NCBI GenBank assembly: GCA_044222065.1
Contig: JBGAOA010000039.1
Coordinates: 1 to 42,636 of the forward strand
Origin: Candidatus Eiseniibacteriota bacterium
Lineage (GTDB): Bacteria; Eisenbacteria; RBG-16-71-46
Reading direction: 5' to 3'
DNA: 42,636 nt
Numbering within the stretch: the stretch's first letter is position 1; every line of letters starts with the position of its first letter. Made by a program: the position numbers and the translations under genes. Below the pieces are notes generated by a model, which saw nothing but the letters and a program-made list of their open reading frames with translations, was not told the origin of the DNA and did not search any database. Positions 26,030-37,885 of the stretch are shown in pieces.

Positions 26030-28108
26030 TCAGGCCGCCCGAGCGTCCTCGATCGCGTCGTCGTTCACCCGGAACTGGCCGATGAGGTCGCGGAGATGGT
26101 CCGCCTTCTCCCCGAGGGCCCGCGCGGTTTCGGAGTTCGCGCTCGCGATCTCGCTGCTCTCGCGCACGGCCGCGTCGATGCGCCCGACGGTCGCGCGGAC
26201 CTCGTCGATGCGCGCCGCCTGCTCGACGCTGACGGCAGCGATCGAGTTCACGCGCGCCGCCAGGTCCGAGATCGCGGTCGCGACTTCCGAGAGCGTTCCC
26301 CCCGAGCGCTGCACGAGGTCGTTCATCTCGCGGCTCCGGCCGGCCCCCTCGGCGACGTGGTTCCGCACCTCGCGTGCCGCCTCCTGCGTGCGCGCGGCGA
26401 GCGTCCGGACCTCGCTCGCGACGACCGCGAAGCCGAGTCCGTGCGGGCCCGCGCGCGCCGCCTCGACCGCGGCGTTCAGGGCGAGCACGTTCGTCTGGAA
26501 CGCGATCTCGTCGATCAGCTCGACCATGGCCTCGATTCGCTTCGACGACTCGAGTACGGCCTCCATCATCGAAGCGCTCTCGGACACGGCGGCGACCGAG
26601 GCCTGCGCCCGGCCGGAGATGTCGAGCGCGCAGTCGTTCAGGGACTGCGCCTGCCGGGCGTTGTCGCGCACCGTATCGCTCAGCTCCGTCACGGCGCCGG
26701 TGATCTCGGCCGTCGCCGCCGCCTCGCGCGCGAGGCCTTCGGACGAGCGGGCGCTCGCGCGTGCGATCTCGCCCGCGCCTTCGCCCACCGCGCGCGAGGC
26801 GCGCTGGATGCGCAGGACGAGGTCGTGGATCGTCTCGAGCAGGCCGTCGAAGCTCTGCGCGAGCATGCCGACCTCGTCGCACCGCAGGATGTCGAGGCGC
26901 CGCGTCAGGTCGCCGCCGCCCGCCGCGATCTCGCGGATCGAGGTTTCCACCTGCATCACCTGCTCGCGCTTCGTGCGCAGGCGGAACCACGAGACGACGA
27001 GCGACACGATCAGGACGACGACGATGCCGAGCTTCATCGTGAGCAGCAGCAGGTGGCGCTGGCGCACGAGCTGGAGGACGTCGGGGTCGTAGCGGTAGAT
27101 GAGCACCCACGGCGACACGTCGGCGACGTTGACGTTCTCGAGGTAGTAGTCGTCGCCGGAAGGCGGATCGGCGCTGAAGATCGAGCGCGCGACGCGCACG
27201 ATGCCGGGATCCCGGCGGTCGCCCACGTAGAGGTCGCGGTCGGTGCAGACGAGCACGAATTGCGAGGTGCGCTCCGGCATCGCGTAACCCGCTTCGGAGG
27301 CCGCCACGGAATCCTGCGGCGTGACGATCAGGTTCGGCACGCCGACGAGCATCGCCTCGAGCACGTTCGTACGGAAGATCGCCGAGACGATGCCGCGGAA
27401 CCGTCCGCCGTCGTCGTAGAACGGGACCGAGTAGAGGAGGCCGTTCGCGTTCGCGGGATCGCCGCTCGCGATCGACGTGTACTGCGCGTTGTCGCACGTT
27501 CGCAGGATCGGACTCGCCGAAGCCGGGACGTCCGAGAGCCGGTCAGCGTCGAACGTCGGGTGGTTCGTGCGGAATTCGGCGAGCTGCTTGACGTAGTACG
27601 CGTACTCTTCGGACTCGACTTCCTCGGGCGTGTCGGACGTGCGCTCGGCCTCGGGCTCCGGCGTGCCGCCGTCGGCGCCGAGCACGACGCGGTCGAACAT
27701 GAAGAACGGCACTTCTCCGCGATCGGGACGGAATCCGTCCACGACGCAGTAAACCTCCGAGACGCCGACGTTGCCCGCGAGGTTGTTGTAGATCTGCTGG
27801 ACGGTTCGCTCGCCCTCGCGCGTGAAACGCCCCTCGGCGCGGACGTCCTGGCGCTCGTCCGTGCGGTTGCCGCCGCGGATCGCGCGGACGCTCGGCAGGA
27901 AGCCGATCGTGCGGACCGACTGGTAGGCGAGCGTGAAGAGCCGCTCCACCTCGCGCCGCCGCGGCTGGAACTGCGTCGCGACCAGCATCTCGCGAGTGCG
28001 GGCGAGTTCGGCCTCGAGGGCGCGGTGGTAGTCGAAGACGAGGCCTCCGACCACGCCGAGCGCGATTGCCGCCGCGACCCCCACCTTCCAGGGCTCGAGA
28101 TTCGCCAT
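26030..28108 (-). CDS. Methyl-accepting chemotaxis protein with large (about 310 aa) periplasmic sensor domain
   Basis: TM1, long periplasmic region, TM2, HAMP (GDLTRRL...DEVG) and [20 protein letters not shown]. Confidence 0.93.
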   Translation of the reverse strand: MANLEPWKVGVAAAIALGVVGGLVFDYHRALEAELARTREMLVATQFQPRRREVERLFTLAYQSVRTIGFLPSVRAIRGGNRTDERQDVRAEGRFTREGERTVQQIYNNLAGNVGVSEVYCVVDGFRPDRGEVPFFMFDRVVLGADGGTPEPEAERTSDTPEEVESEEYAYYVKQLAEFRTNHPTFDADRLSDVPASASPILRTCDNAQYTSIASGDPANANGLLYSVPFYDDGGRFRGIVSAIFRTNVLEAMLVGVPNLIVTPQDSVAASEAGYAMPERTSQFVLVCTDRDLYVGDRRDPGIVRVARSIFSADPPSGDDYYLENVNVADVSPWVLIYRYDPDVLQLVRQRHLLLLTMKLGIVVVLIVSLVVSWFRLRTKREQVMQVETSIREIAAGGGDLTRRLDILRCDEVGMLAQSFDGLLETIHDLVLRIQRASRAVGEGAGEIARASARSSEGLAREAAATAEITGAVTELSDTVRDNARQAQSLNDCALDISGRAQASVAAVSESASMMEAVLESSKRIEAMVELIDEIAFQTNVLALNAAVEAARAGPHGLGFAVVASEVRTLAARTQEAAREVRNHVAEGAGRSREMNDLVQRSGGTLSEVATAISDLAARVNSIAAVSVEQAARIDEVRATVGRIDAAVRESSEIASANSETARALGEKADHLRDLIGQFRVNDDAIEDARAA

Positions 28109-28131
28109 GCGGGCACGGAGCTTCGTGCCGG

Positions 28132-28158
28132 TCGTCGGCTTGCACGCCGGGGCCTTGA
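28132..28158 (-). promoter_or_regulatory. Putative sigma-28-type promoter (proximal) of the MCP
   Basis: Minus strand TCAA-N15-GCCGACGA. Confidence 0.5.
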
Positions 28159-28272
28159 TGCGGACCTCCTCGATCGAGAGCGGTCACGCAGCGACGGAGG
28201 GAGTTCGGGCACGCGTTGTCGAACGTCGTTGCCGGTCCTCGCGCTCGAGAATCGGCACTCGGACTTTCGGGA

Positions 28273-28299
28273 GCTTCGGCGGCAGGCGGCGTCGCTTGA
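28273..28299 (-). promoter_or_regulatory. Putative sigma-28-type promoter (distal) of the MCP
   Basis: Minus strand TCAA-N15-GCCGAAGC. Confidence 0.5.
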
Positions 28300-28320
28300 G
28301 CCCGGGGTGGGCCCGTCGGC

Positions 28321-29505
28321 CTAGAACTCGATCGAGAGCTGGGCCGCGACGAGGGAGGAGCGTTCCCGACCGTCCACGAAGGGCCCCGAGCGCGAGCGCG
28401 TGTGCTGGTAGACGAGCTTGCCGCGCACGGAGGAGTCGAAGCGGTAGCCGAGACCGCCTTCGAAGCGGTCGAGGTCCCGGTCCCACGGCGTCGGTCCGCC
28501 CGAGGACCCGGTGATCTCGCCGAAGCGCTCGACGTCCACGCGGCCGGCCGCGTAGATGCCCGAATCGAACAGGTACTTGAGCTCGACGTAGCCCGCGGTC
28601 ACGTCGAGATCGCCGACGTACGGAGTCTCCCACGCGTTGCGCGCGCCCTCAGCGCGCAGTTCGGCGTGGCCCGCGAGCCATTCGAGGTCGGCCATCAAGA
28701 GCCGCTGGTGGTAGTCCGTCGCGCGCTTTCCGGGCGGGAGCGCGGGTTCGAGCGTCGTGAGCAAGTAGGGTCCGAGGGCGCCCGACACGCCGATGCGCAG
28801 GGCCGGGTGCGGGGTCAGCCCGAGGCGTCCGAGCACGGTCTTTCCGGCGTTCTCCTCGCGCGACGTCGAGCCCCAGCCGGGCGTCCCCTGCGTCACGCCG
28901 AGCGCGGCCTCGAAGGGACGCGCGCTGCCGGCGAGCGTGACGCCGACGTCCCAGTAGGAGTCGTCCACGATCGGCATCCCGACGCCTTCGCGGTAGCCGT
29001 GGTAGTTCACGCCCCATTGGCCGCTCCCCGCGGTTGCGAGCAGGGCGTCGGCGTCCGGCGCGACCTCGTAGAACAGCATCGTCGTGTGGTGCTGGTAGAG
29101 GAGCGGCGTGCCGACGAGCGGGTTGTGATCCGAGTAGGTGCGCGGCGCCCACGTGCCGAGCGCCCACGGGATCTTGCCCGCGAGCACGTGCGCGTCGCGC
29201 TCGGGGAACGGCGTGAACACGGCGTAGGCCCCGTCCACGTAGGGCGCGGTCGCGTCCCGGAGCACGGTCTGCGCGAAGACCTGAATGCGGTCGTTGACGC
29301 GCGCGTCGGCGAACACCCGGAGACCGTAGGGATCGAACGGCGAATCGCCGCGCGTCAGTCGGTTGAGTGGGAACGCGGGGCTGTCGTCCACGGCGACGAC
29401 GTCGAGCAGTCCGCGGAAGCGCACCTCGGCGGCCCCGGCGGCGCCGGAGCCGGCGAGTGCGGCGGCCGCGGCGAGCGGCGCGATGACGCGGCGAGCGAGG
29501 CGCAC
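28321..29505 (-). CDS. Putative outer-membrane beta-barrel protein (porin-like)
   Basis: Signal peptide, amphipathic beta strands and C-terminal LVAAQLSIEF (BAM-type terminal Phe). GTG at 29505 with GGAGG. Confidence 0.78.
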   Translation of the reverse strand: MRLARRVIAPLAAAAALAGSGAAGAAEVRFRGLLDVVAVDDSPAFPLNRLTRGDSPFDPYGLRVFADARVNDRIQVFAQTVLRDATAPYVDGAYAVFTPFPERDAHVLAGKIPWALGTWAPRTYSDHNPLVGTPLLYQHHTTMLFYEVAPDADALLATAGSGQWGVNYHGYREGVGMPIVDDSYWDVGVTLAGSARPFEAALGVTQGTPGWGSTSREENAGKTVLGRLGLTPHPALRIGVSGALGPYLLTTLEPALPPGKRATDYHQRLLMADLEWLAGHAELRAEGARNAWETPYVGDLDVTAGYVELKYLFDSGIYAAGRVDVERFGEITGSSGGPTPWDRDLDRFEGGLGYRFDSSVRGKLVYQHTRSRSGPFVDGRERSSLVAAQLSIEF

Positions 29506-29540
29506 GAATCCTCCGGGGAGCAGGTGGGAAGTTCGTGCTC

Positions 29541-29568
29541 TTATCGGCCCTCGGCCCGGCGCGCTTGA
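29541..29568 (-). promoter_or_regulatory. Putative sigma-28-type promoter of the beta-barrel gene
   Basis: Minus strand TCAA-N16-GCCGATAA; the -10 box equals the FliA consensus. Confidence 0.65.
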
Positions 29569-29723
29569 GCGCGCCGGCCGCATTCCGACCACGGGGCTCG
29601 CCAGGCTCCGTTTGAAAACCCGATTGCCGCGTTGGCTCGGTCGTTCGTCACTGCGGAGTGCCCTGCGGACACACCTCGTTCCTCACTCCCTCGCCGCCTT
29701 GCACTCGGGTTTTCGAACGGAGC

Positions 29724-31520
<1,797 letters not shown>

Positions 31521-31683
31521 GACGACCTCGATGGGGAAGCCGCGCTCGAACGCGCGAACCGGCGCGCGGCGCGGCGGACGGCGGCAGGGAAGAGGAGGGA
31601 AATAACGGCATCCGGCCGCGCCTGTCCAGCCGCGCCCGGCCGGGGCTCGGAAGCGCCCGTGCGTCCGCACGGGGCGGGCGGAT

Positions 31684-31698
31684 CGTGCACGTTGCACG
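31684..31698. promoter_or_regulatory. Palindromic candidate operator/UAS CGTGCA-cgt-TGCACG
   Basis: Perfect 6-3-6 palindrome in the divergent glnS/31856 intergenic region. Confidence 0.55.
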
Positions 31699-31855
31699 TC
31701 CGGCGTCGGCGGGCGGGCGATTCCGTGCGAGCTGCGAGATCTGACCCGGGCCGCACGACTCCCGGACTTGTGCGAGGCGGTCGAGGCGCTAGAATCGCGC
31801 GCGTTCCGTCGTCATTGGCACCCGCTTTCCTCTCCCAATCTCTCCGGAGGCGGTC

Positions 31856-34800
31856 GTGTTCGCGTCCCGCTCTGCTCCCTCGGCGGCCCTCTTCCTCGCG
31901 CTCGTGCTGGCCTTCGCCTCGCCGGCCGCGGCCGTCACCGTTCCCGCTCAGTTCGTGGTCGAGAACGCCGTCACGAACTCGACCTTCAACGTGCCGGTCG
32001 GCATGGCGTTCCTGCCCGACGGCCGGTTCCTCGTCGCCGAGAAGCAGGGCCGCGTCCTCATGGTGAAGAACGGCCTGCAGCAGGCGGCGGTCGTGTTCTC
32101 GAACCAGAACGAAGTCCTCGACAACACGGACCGCGGGTTCCTCGGCGTGGCGGTGGATCCGAACTACTTCGTGAACCACTTCGTCTACTTCCTCTACACC
32201 GTGGACCCGGACTCGAACGGGGTGGACGACAATCTCTACGGGTTCGGACGCCTGACGCGTTACCGCATGCGCACGACCGGCGACACGAACACGGTGGACC
32301 CGACGACGCGCACCGTGCTCATGGGCACCGACTGGCGCCACGGGCCGACGATCCTCTCGAACTCGCACACGATCGGCGCGCTGCGCTGGGGGCGCGACGG
32401 CTCGCTGCTCGTCTCCTCGGGCGACGGAGCGGACTTCAACGGCATGGACGCGGGCGGCCGGCAGCCGACGGGCTTCGGCCCCGGCAAGACCGACCCGTAC
32501 GAGGACATCGGCGCGTTCCGCGCGCAGGACATCACGAGCCTCAACGGCAAGATCCTGCGGATGAACCCGCTCACGGGTCACGGCTACGCGAGCAACCCGT
32601 ACGCGACGTCGGATCTCAACTCGAACCAGTCGAAGGTCTACCTGTACGGCGTTCGCAACACGTTCCGCTTCGGCGTGCGACCGGGTACGGGCTCGACCGA
32701 CACGACGACGGGCTTCCCCGGTCAGGTCGCGATGGGCGACGTCGGCTGGGACACGTGGGAAGAGCTGAACATCAGCACGGCGCCCGGGCAGAACTTCGGC
32801 TGGCCGTGCATCGAGGGGCCGTTCCCGGCGGGCGCGTACCAGGCGGCGACGCCGGCGCACAACGACTGCAGCAGCGTCGGCACGCCTTCGAATCCCACGG
32901 GCTACACGTACCCGCCGTCCTACTGGCACCACACGACGCCGAGCCTCAGCAATCCCGAAGGCGTAATGGGCAACGCGTCGGTCGGCGGCGTGTTCTACAC
33001 GGACTCGCTCTATCCGAGCGCCTATCGCACGCGCTACTTCTTCGGCGACTACGTCGGTTCGTTCGTCCGCGTCGCGACCTTCGATTCGAACGGGCTATTG
33101 ATCTCGAACGATCCGTTCGGCGACAACATGGACAACCCGGTGGACTTCGCGCGCAATCCGCTCGACGGAAACGTGTACTACGTCTCGATCACGACCGAGC
33201 AGGTCCGCCGCATCCGCTGGACAGGCACGACGGGCGGGAACGCGGCGCCGATCGCACAGGCGCTTGCGACCCCCTCGAGCGGCGGCGTGCCGCTCAACGT
33301 GTCGTTCTCGAGCGCGGGGACCTACGACCCGGACAACAACACGCTCACGTACGCGTGGAACTTCGGCGACGGCGGCACCTCGAGCGCGCAGAACCCGAGT
33401 CACACGTACGTCGCGCCGGGCGCCTACATCGCCACGCTGACCGTCACCGACAGCCGCGGCGGCGTCGGAACGCGCAACGTCTCCATCAGCGTCGGCAGCG
33501 GCTCGGTGTTCCCGACGACCGCCGTGCTCGACGACTTCAACCGGCCGAATGGTCCGATCGGCGGCGCGTGGGTGAACCAGACGTCCGCGCTCTCGATCGT
33601 CAGCAACACGATGCGCGAGACCGGGCTCACCGCGACCACCGTGTGGAGCGGCCAGGAGTTCGGCGCGGACCAGGAGGCGTACATCACGATGCAGACGATC
33701 ACGCCCGGCGCCGAGGAAGTGAACCTGATGCTCAAGGTCCAGGGCCTCTCGTGGAGCGACGGTCACATCGAGGTGCGCTACGACGACAATCCGGGCCGCG
33801 TGCGCGTCGGCACGTACAGTCCGGCGCTGGGCTGGCAGGCGTGGGGCGAAGTGAACCCGCTCACGTTCTCGCCCGGCGACCGGTTCGGCGCGCGCGCGTT
33901 CGCCTCGGGACTCGTCGAGGTGTTCAAGAACGGCGTCGTGCAGGGGCAGGTGTCGGTGCTCGGCTGGCCGTTCGCGGCGAACGGCGGATACGTCGGCCTG
34001 ACCATCACGGGCGCGAACGCGACGATCTTCGACGACTTCGGCGGCGGCGACTGGGTGCCGCAGCCGCCGGTCCCTGTCGTTCAGGTGCTGTCGCCGAACG
34101 GCGGCGAGAACTGGGTCGGCGGCAGCTCGCACACCGTGACCTGGCTCGCGACCGACGACATCGGCGTCACGTCGGTGGACGTGGACTTCAAGGACGGCGC
34201 GACCGCCCCGTGGATCCCGATTGCGATCAACCTCTCGAACAGCGGCAGCTTCACGTGGTTCGTCCACAACATGCCGACGACGGCGGCGCGCGTTCGCGTG
34301 CGCGCGCACGACCTCTCGGGCAACGTCGGCGCCGACTCGAGCGACGCGAACTTCACGATCTCGGCGACGCCGGGCGGCATCGTGCCGACGACGCTGCGCG
34401 ACTTCTTCCAGCCCGGCACGCAGCCGCTCCGCGGCGGAGACTTCGTCTCGAGCAGCACGTGCAACCAGTGCCACTCGGGCTACGACAGCGCGGTCGAACC
34501 CGGCTTCAACTTCAAGGGCGTCATGATGGGACAGGCGGCGCGCGATCCGCTGTTCTACGCCTGCCTCGCCGTCGCGGAGCAGGACGCGCCGTCATCGGGC
34601 GACCTGTGCATCCGCTGTCACTCGCCGGGGGCGTGGCTGTCGGGCAAGAGCCAGCCGACGAGCGGGGCGAACATCGACGCGCTCGGGCGCGACGGAGTGA
34701 ACTGCGACTTCTGTCACCGCATGGTCGACCCCATCTACCAGCCGGGCGTGAGCCCGGTCGAGGATCTCGCGGTGCTGAACGGCATGCTGCCGGCGCACGT

Positions 34801-36277
34801 GCCGACGACGTACGGCAACGGCCAGTACGTCGTGGACAGCGACACGCGCCGTCGCGGGCCGTTCGCGGACGCCGCGGCGCCGCACTCGTTCCTGCAGTCG
34901 CCGTTCCACACGAAGAGCGAGATGTGCGCGACGTGCCACGACGTCTCGAACCCGGTGTTCGACCGGACCGGTCCTTCGGACTACACGCCGGGCCCGCTCA
35001 ACGCCGCCGCTCCGGCGATCGCCGTGAATTCGCTCATGCCGCTCGAGCGCACGTACAGCGAGTGGCTGAACAGCGCGTACCCCGCCGGCGTCTACGCGCC
35101 GGACTTCGCGGGGAACGCCCCGGGCGGCATCGTGTCCGACTGCCAGGGCTGTCACATGCGCCAGGTCACGGGGCGCGGCTGCAACGACGTCAACGCGCCG
35201 GTGCGGAACGACCTCCCGGTGCACGATCTCACCGGCGGAAACGCGTTCATGCCGGGCGTGATCGGCACGCTCTATCCGGCCGAGACCGACACCGCGGCGC
35301 TCAACAACTCGGCGAACCGCGCGCGGGCGACGCTGCAGAAGGCGGCGCTGCTCGACGTGACCGTCGCGGCCGAAGGCGACAGCTTCCGCGCGAGCGTGAA
35401 GGTGACGAACCGCACCGGACACAAGCTGCCGACGGGATACCCCGAAGGCCGGCGCATGTGGATCTCGGTCGTCGCGCGCGACGAGAACGGCGCGGTCGTC
35501 TACCAGTCGGGCCACTACGACGGCGCGACCGGCGTGCTCACCGAGGACGCGGACGCGCGCGTGTACGAGGCGCACCTCGGCATCTCGCCGGCGCTCGCGT
35601 CCGCGATCGGGCTCGCGCACGGACCGTCGTTCCACTTCGCGCTCAACGACACGCTCTACAAGGACAACCGCATTCCGCCGCTCGGCTTCACGAACGCGGC
35701 GTTCCAGCCGTTCGGCGGCGCGCCGGTGGACCCGACGATGCCGGCGCCGCGATACGCCGACGGACAGAACTGGGACACGGCGACGTACCCGCTGCCGGGC
35801 TCGGCGCGGTCGGTCGCCGCGACGCTCTACTACCAGACGACGTCGAAGGAGTACGTCGAGTTCCTCGCCGCGCAGAACACGACGAACGGCGCCGGCGCCA
35901 CGCTGCTCAACGCGTGGACGAACAACGGCCGCGGTGCGCCGGTTCCGATGGTCGGCGACTCGGCGACGATCGAAATCGTCGGCACGGGGGATCCGGTCGC
36001 GCGTCCGCTCGCGTTCCGCGTGCTTCAGAACCCGTTCCGCGGCACGCTCGACCTGTCGCTGTCGCTGCCGCGCGCCTCGGACGTCACGCTCGAGGTGCTC
36101 GACGTCACGGGCCGGCTCGTGCGGCGCACGCCGTACGGACGCCTCGCCGCGAGCGAGCATCACCTGCGCTGGGACGGGCACGACGCGTCGGGCGGAAGCG
36201 CGGGCCCGGGTCTCTACTGGGTCGTCGCGCGCGTGGACGACCGCCGGCTCGTGAAGACCGTGGTGAGGCTGCGCTGA
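31856..36277 (+). CDS. Secreted multidomain protein: GSDH/PQQ-dependent sugar dehydrogenase-like propeller + PKD + lectin-like + Ig-like + pentaheme cytochrome c + FlgD-Ig/T9SS-CTD-like domain
   Basis: Signal peptide; PVGMAFLPDGRFLVAEKQG, RGFLGVAVDP, SLNGKILR, YGVRNTFR and NFGWP; PKD (YAWNFGDG); SPNGGE; CNQCH, CIRCH, CDFCH, CATCH and CQGCH; NPF...DVTGRLVR...WDG...PGLYW tail. Confidence 0.9.
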   Translation: MFASRSAPSAALFLALVLAFASPAAAVTVPAQFVVENAVTNSTFNVPVGMAFLPDGRFLVAEKQGRVLMVKNGLQQAAVVFSNQNEVLDNTDRGFLGVAVDPNYFVNHFVYFLYTVDPDSNGVDDNLYGFGRLTRYRMRTTGDTNTVDPTTRTVLMGTDWRHGPTILSNSHTIGALRWGRDGSLLVSSGDGADFNGMDAGGRQPTGFGPGKTDPYEDIGAFRAQDITSLNGKILRMNPLTGHGYASNPYATSDLNSNQSKVYLYGVRNTFRFGVRPGTGSTDTTTGFPGQVAMGDVGWDTWEELNISTAPGQNFGWPCIEGPFPAGAYQAATPAHNDCSSVGTPSNPTGYTYPPSYWHHTTPSLSNPEGVMGNASVGGVFYTDSLYPSAYRTRYFFGDYVGSFVRVATFDSNGLLISNDPFGDNMDNPVDFARNPLDGNVYYVSITTEQVRRIRWTGTTGGNAAPIAQALATPSSGGVPLNVSFSSAGTYDPDNNTLTYAWNFGDGGTSSAQNPSHTYVAPGAYIATLTVTDSRGGVGTRNVSISVGSGSVFPTTAVLDDFNRPNGPIGGAWVNQTSALSIVSNTMRETGLTATTVWSGQEFGADQEAYITMQTITPGAEEVNLMLKVQGLSWSDGHIEVRYDDNPGRVRVGTYSPALGWQAWGEVNPLTFSPGDRFGARAFASGLVEVFKNGVVQGQVSVLGWPFAANGGYVGLTITGANATIFDDFGGGDWVPQPPVPVVQVLSPNGGENWVGGSSHTVTWLATDDIGVTSVDVDFKDGATAPWIPIAINLSNSGSFTWFVHNMPTTAARVRVRAHDLSGNVGADSSDANFTISATPGGIVPTTLRDFFQPGTQPLRGGDFVSSSTCNQCHSGYDSAVEPGFNFKGVMMGQAARDPLFYACLAVAEQDAPSSGDLCIRCHSPGAWLSGKSQPTSGANIDALGRDGVNCDFCHRMVDPIYQPGVSPVEDLAVLNGMLPAHVPTTYGNGQYVVDSDTRRRGPFADAAAPHSFLQSPFHTKSEMCATCHDVSNPVFDRTGPSDYTPGPLNAAAPAIAVNSLMPLERTYSEWLNSAYPAGVYAPDFAGNAPGGIVSDCQGCHMRQVTGRGCNDVNAPVRNDLPVHDLTGGNAFMPGVIGTLYPAETDTAALNNSANRARATLQKAALLDVTVAAEGDSFRASVKVTNRTGHKLPTGYPEGRRMWISVVARDENGAVVYQSGHYDGATGVLTEDADARVYEAHLGISPALASAIGLAHGPSFHFALNDTLYKDNRIPPLGFTNAAFQPFGGAPVDPTMPAPRYADGQNWDTATYPLPGSARSVAATLYYQTTSKEYVEFLAAQNTTNGAGATLLNAWTNNGRGAPVPMVGDSATIEIVGTGDPVARPLAFRVLQNPFRGTLDLSLSLPRASDVTLEVLDVTGRLVRRTPYGRLAASEHHLRWDGHDASGGSAGPGLYWVVARVDDRRLVKTVVRLR

Positions 36278-36569
36278 GACCCACGGGAGCGTCGTGAGCG
36301 GCGCGGCCCCCGGAGCCGCGTCGAACCCGTGCGCCGGGCGCGGTCTCGTCGCCGCGCCCGGCGCGCGCCCCACTTCGCGGAGCGCTTCGACGCGCGGCTC
36401 GCGCTCGCGAGGCGCTGGATCGCCGAGGCGCCGCGGCGCCGATCGCGCGGAACTCCACGGTGAGTTCCCGGTCACGACGGCGAGGGAGAGCGCCACGCGG
36501 CCCCTCCGCGGGACGAGGCGGACGGACGAACGGCCGGCGCCGTTCGCGCTGCGGGCACGCGAAGCAGTC

Positions 36570-36794
36570 CTAGCGCCGTCGGGGAGCAGGGGGCGCAGGC
36601 GCGTCCGATTCGCCGCGCGAGCGCCCGGAGGCGAGCGCCGCGCCGAGTCCCGCGCCGACGCCGGCGCCGACCGCGAGCCCGACGATCGCGTCCCCGAGGC
36701 GCGAACCGGCGACGATACCCACGGCGGCGCCCAGTCCGGCTCCGAGCGCGACACCGAGCAGCCTGCGCACCACGTCGTCCTGTCGCCGTTCCAT
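36570..36794 (-). CDS. Small glycine-zipper membrane protein (hypothetical)
   Basis: 74 aa MERRQDDVVRRLLGVALGAGLGAAVGIVAG...GAGVGAGLGAALA with GGGGAGGG RBS. Confidence 0.55.
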   Translation of the reverse strand: MERRQDDVVRRLLGVALGAGLGAAVGIVAGSRLGDAIVGLAVGAGVGAGLGAALASGRSRGESDAPAPPAPRRR

Positions 36795-36940
36795 CGCGCC
36801 CTCCCCGCGCCGGACGCGCACGTGCCGTGCGCCGTCCTTCCGAACCGCAGGATCGGCCCCCGAGTCGCGACGCGCCGCGGTCGCGCGACCAGCGATGCGG
36901 CGAACGCGCCGTGCGCGGGGAATCGCGATGCGACCGCGCG

Positions 36941-37675
36941 TCAGCGCGCGCGCGCGTCGCGGTAGCGCGCGGTCGCATCCTCCCAGTCCACGACGTTCGC
37001 GAACGCCGCGACGTACTCCGCGCGGCGGTTCTGGTAGCGCAGGTAGTAGGCGTGCTCCCACACGTCGATGCCGACGAGCGGCGTGCGGCCCGCCGTGAGC
37101 GGCGAATCCTGGTTCGGCGTCGTCTCGACGCGCAGCGCGCCCGCCGCGTCGCACGAGAGCCACGCCCAGCCGCTTCCGAACACCGAGAGCGCCGCGGCCG
37201 AAAGCTTCTCGCGGCACGCTTCGAAGGCGCCGAAGTCGCGCTCGACCGCCTTCGCGAGTTCGCCGGACGGCTGCTTCGCGCCCGACTTCGCGAGGCTCGT
37301 CCACAGGAGCGAGTGGTTGTAGTGCCCGCCGCCGTGGTTGCGCACCGCGGCGCGCAGGTCCTCGGGCACCGCGGCGAGATCGCGCACGAGTCGATCGAGC
37401 GTCCAGCCGGCGACCTCGGCGCGGCCGGTCACGGCCTTGTTGAGGTTCGCGACGTACGCCGCGTGGTGCTTGTCGTGGTGGAGCTGCATCGTCGCCGCGT
37501 CGAGGTGCGGTTCGAGCGCGTCGAAGGCGTAGGGGAGCGGCGGCAGCGTGAAGGGGCCCGCCGGCGCGGGCGGTGAGGCGGACGCGGTCGGAGCGGCCTC
37601 GGCGCCGGCCGGGTGCGGCAGCGACAGTGCAACGGCCCCGAGCGCGAGTGACTGGAGCGCCTGACGGCGATTCAT
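36941..37675 (-). CDS. sodA: Fe/Mn superoxide dismutase (Mn-type signature) with Tat signal peptide
   Basis: MNRRQAL twin-arginine leader; HHDKHH, NHGGGHYNH, FGSGWAW, NQD and DVWEHAYY. Confidence 0.93.
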   Translation of the reverse strand: MNRRQALQSLALGAVALSLPHPAGAEAAPTASASPPAPAGPFTLPPLPYAFDALEPHLDAATMQLHHDKHHAAYVANLNKAVTGRAEVAGWTLDRLVRDLAAVPEDLRAAVRNHGGGHYNHSLLWTSLAKSGAKQPSGELAKAVERDFGAFEACREKLSAAALSVFGSGWAWLSCDAAGALRVETTPNQDSPLTAGRTPLVGIDVWEHAYYLRYQNRRAEYVAAFANVVDWEDATARYRDARAR

Positions 37676-37885
37676 CGGAGTTCCTCCTCGAGGGTCTGTG
37701 ACGACGCACGCGGCGCGAGCGGGCGCAGTCTAGCAGCGGTCGGGTGCGGCGACTCGCCCGTCCGTCCGCGCGCCGCGCTCGACGGAAAACTCGCCCCGCC
37801 CGCGGACCGTGGACTACCGTGCGCCGCTCGTTCGACACGCGGCCGCCGTCGCGGCCGCTCGCACCACTCGCTCTCCGGGGGATTC

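Noticed and set aside
31768..31795. Sigma-70-like TTGTGC-N16-TAGAAT upstream of the 1473-aa gene
   Set aside because: Plausible, but it competes with an imperfect sigma-54-like site at 31816-31830; cannot choose without TSS data.
36278..36569. Possible small gene or structured RNA between the cytochrome fusion and the glycine-zipper ORF
   Set aside because: No convincing start, RBS, protein motif or clear stem pattern.
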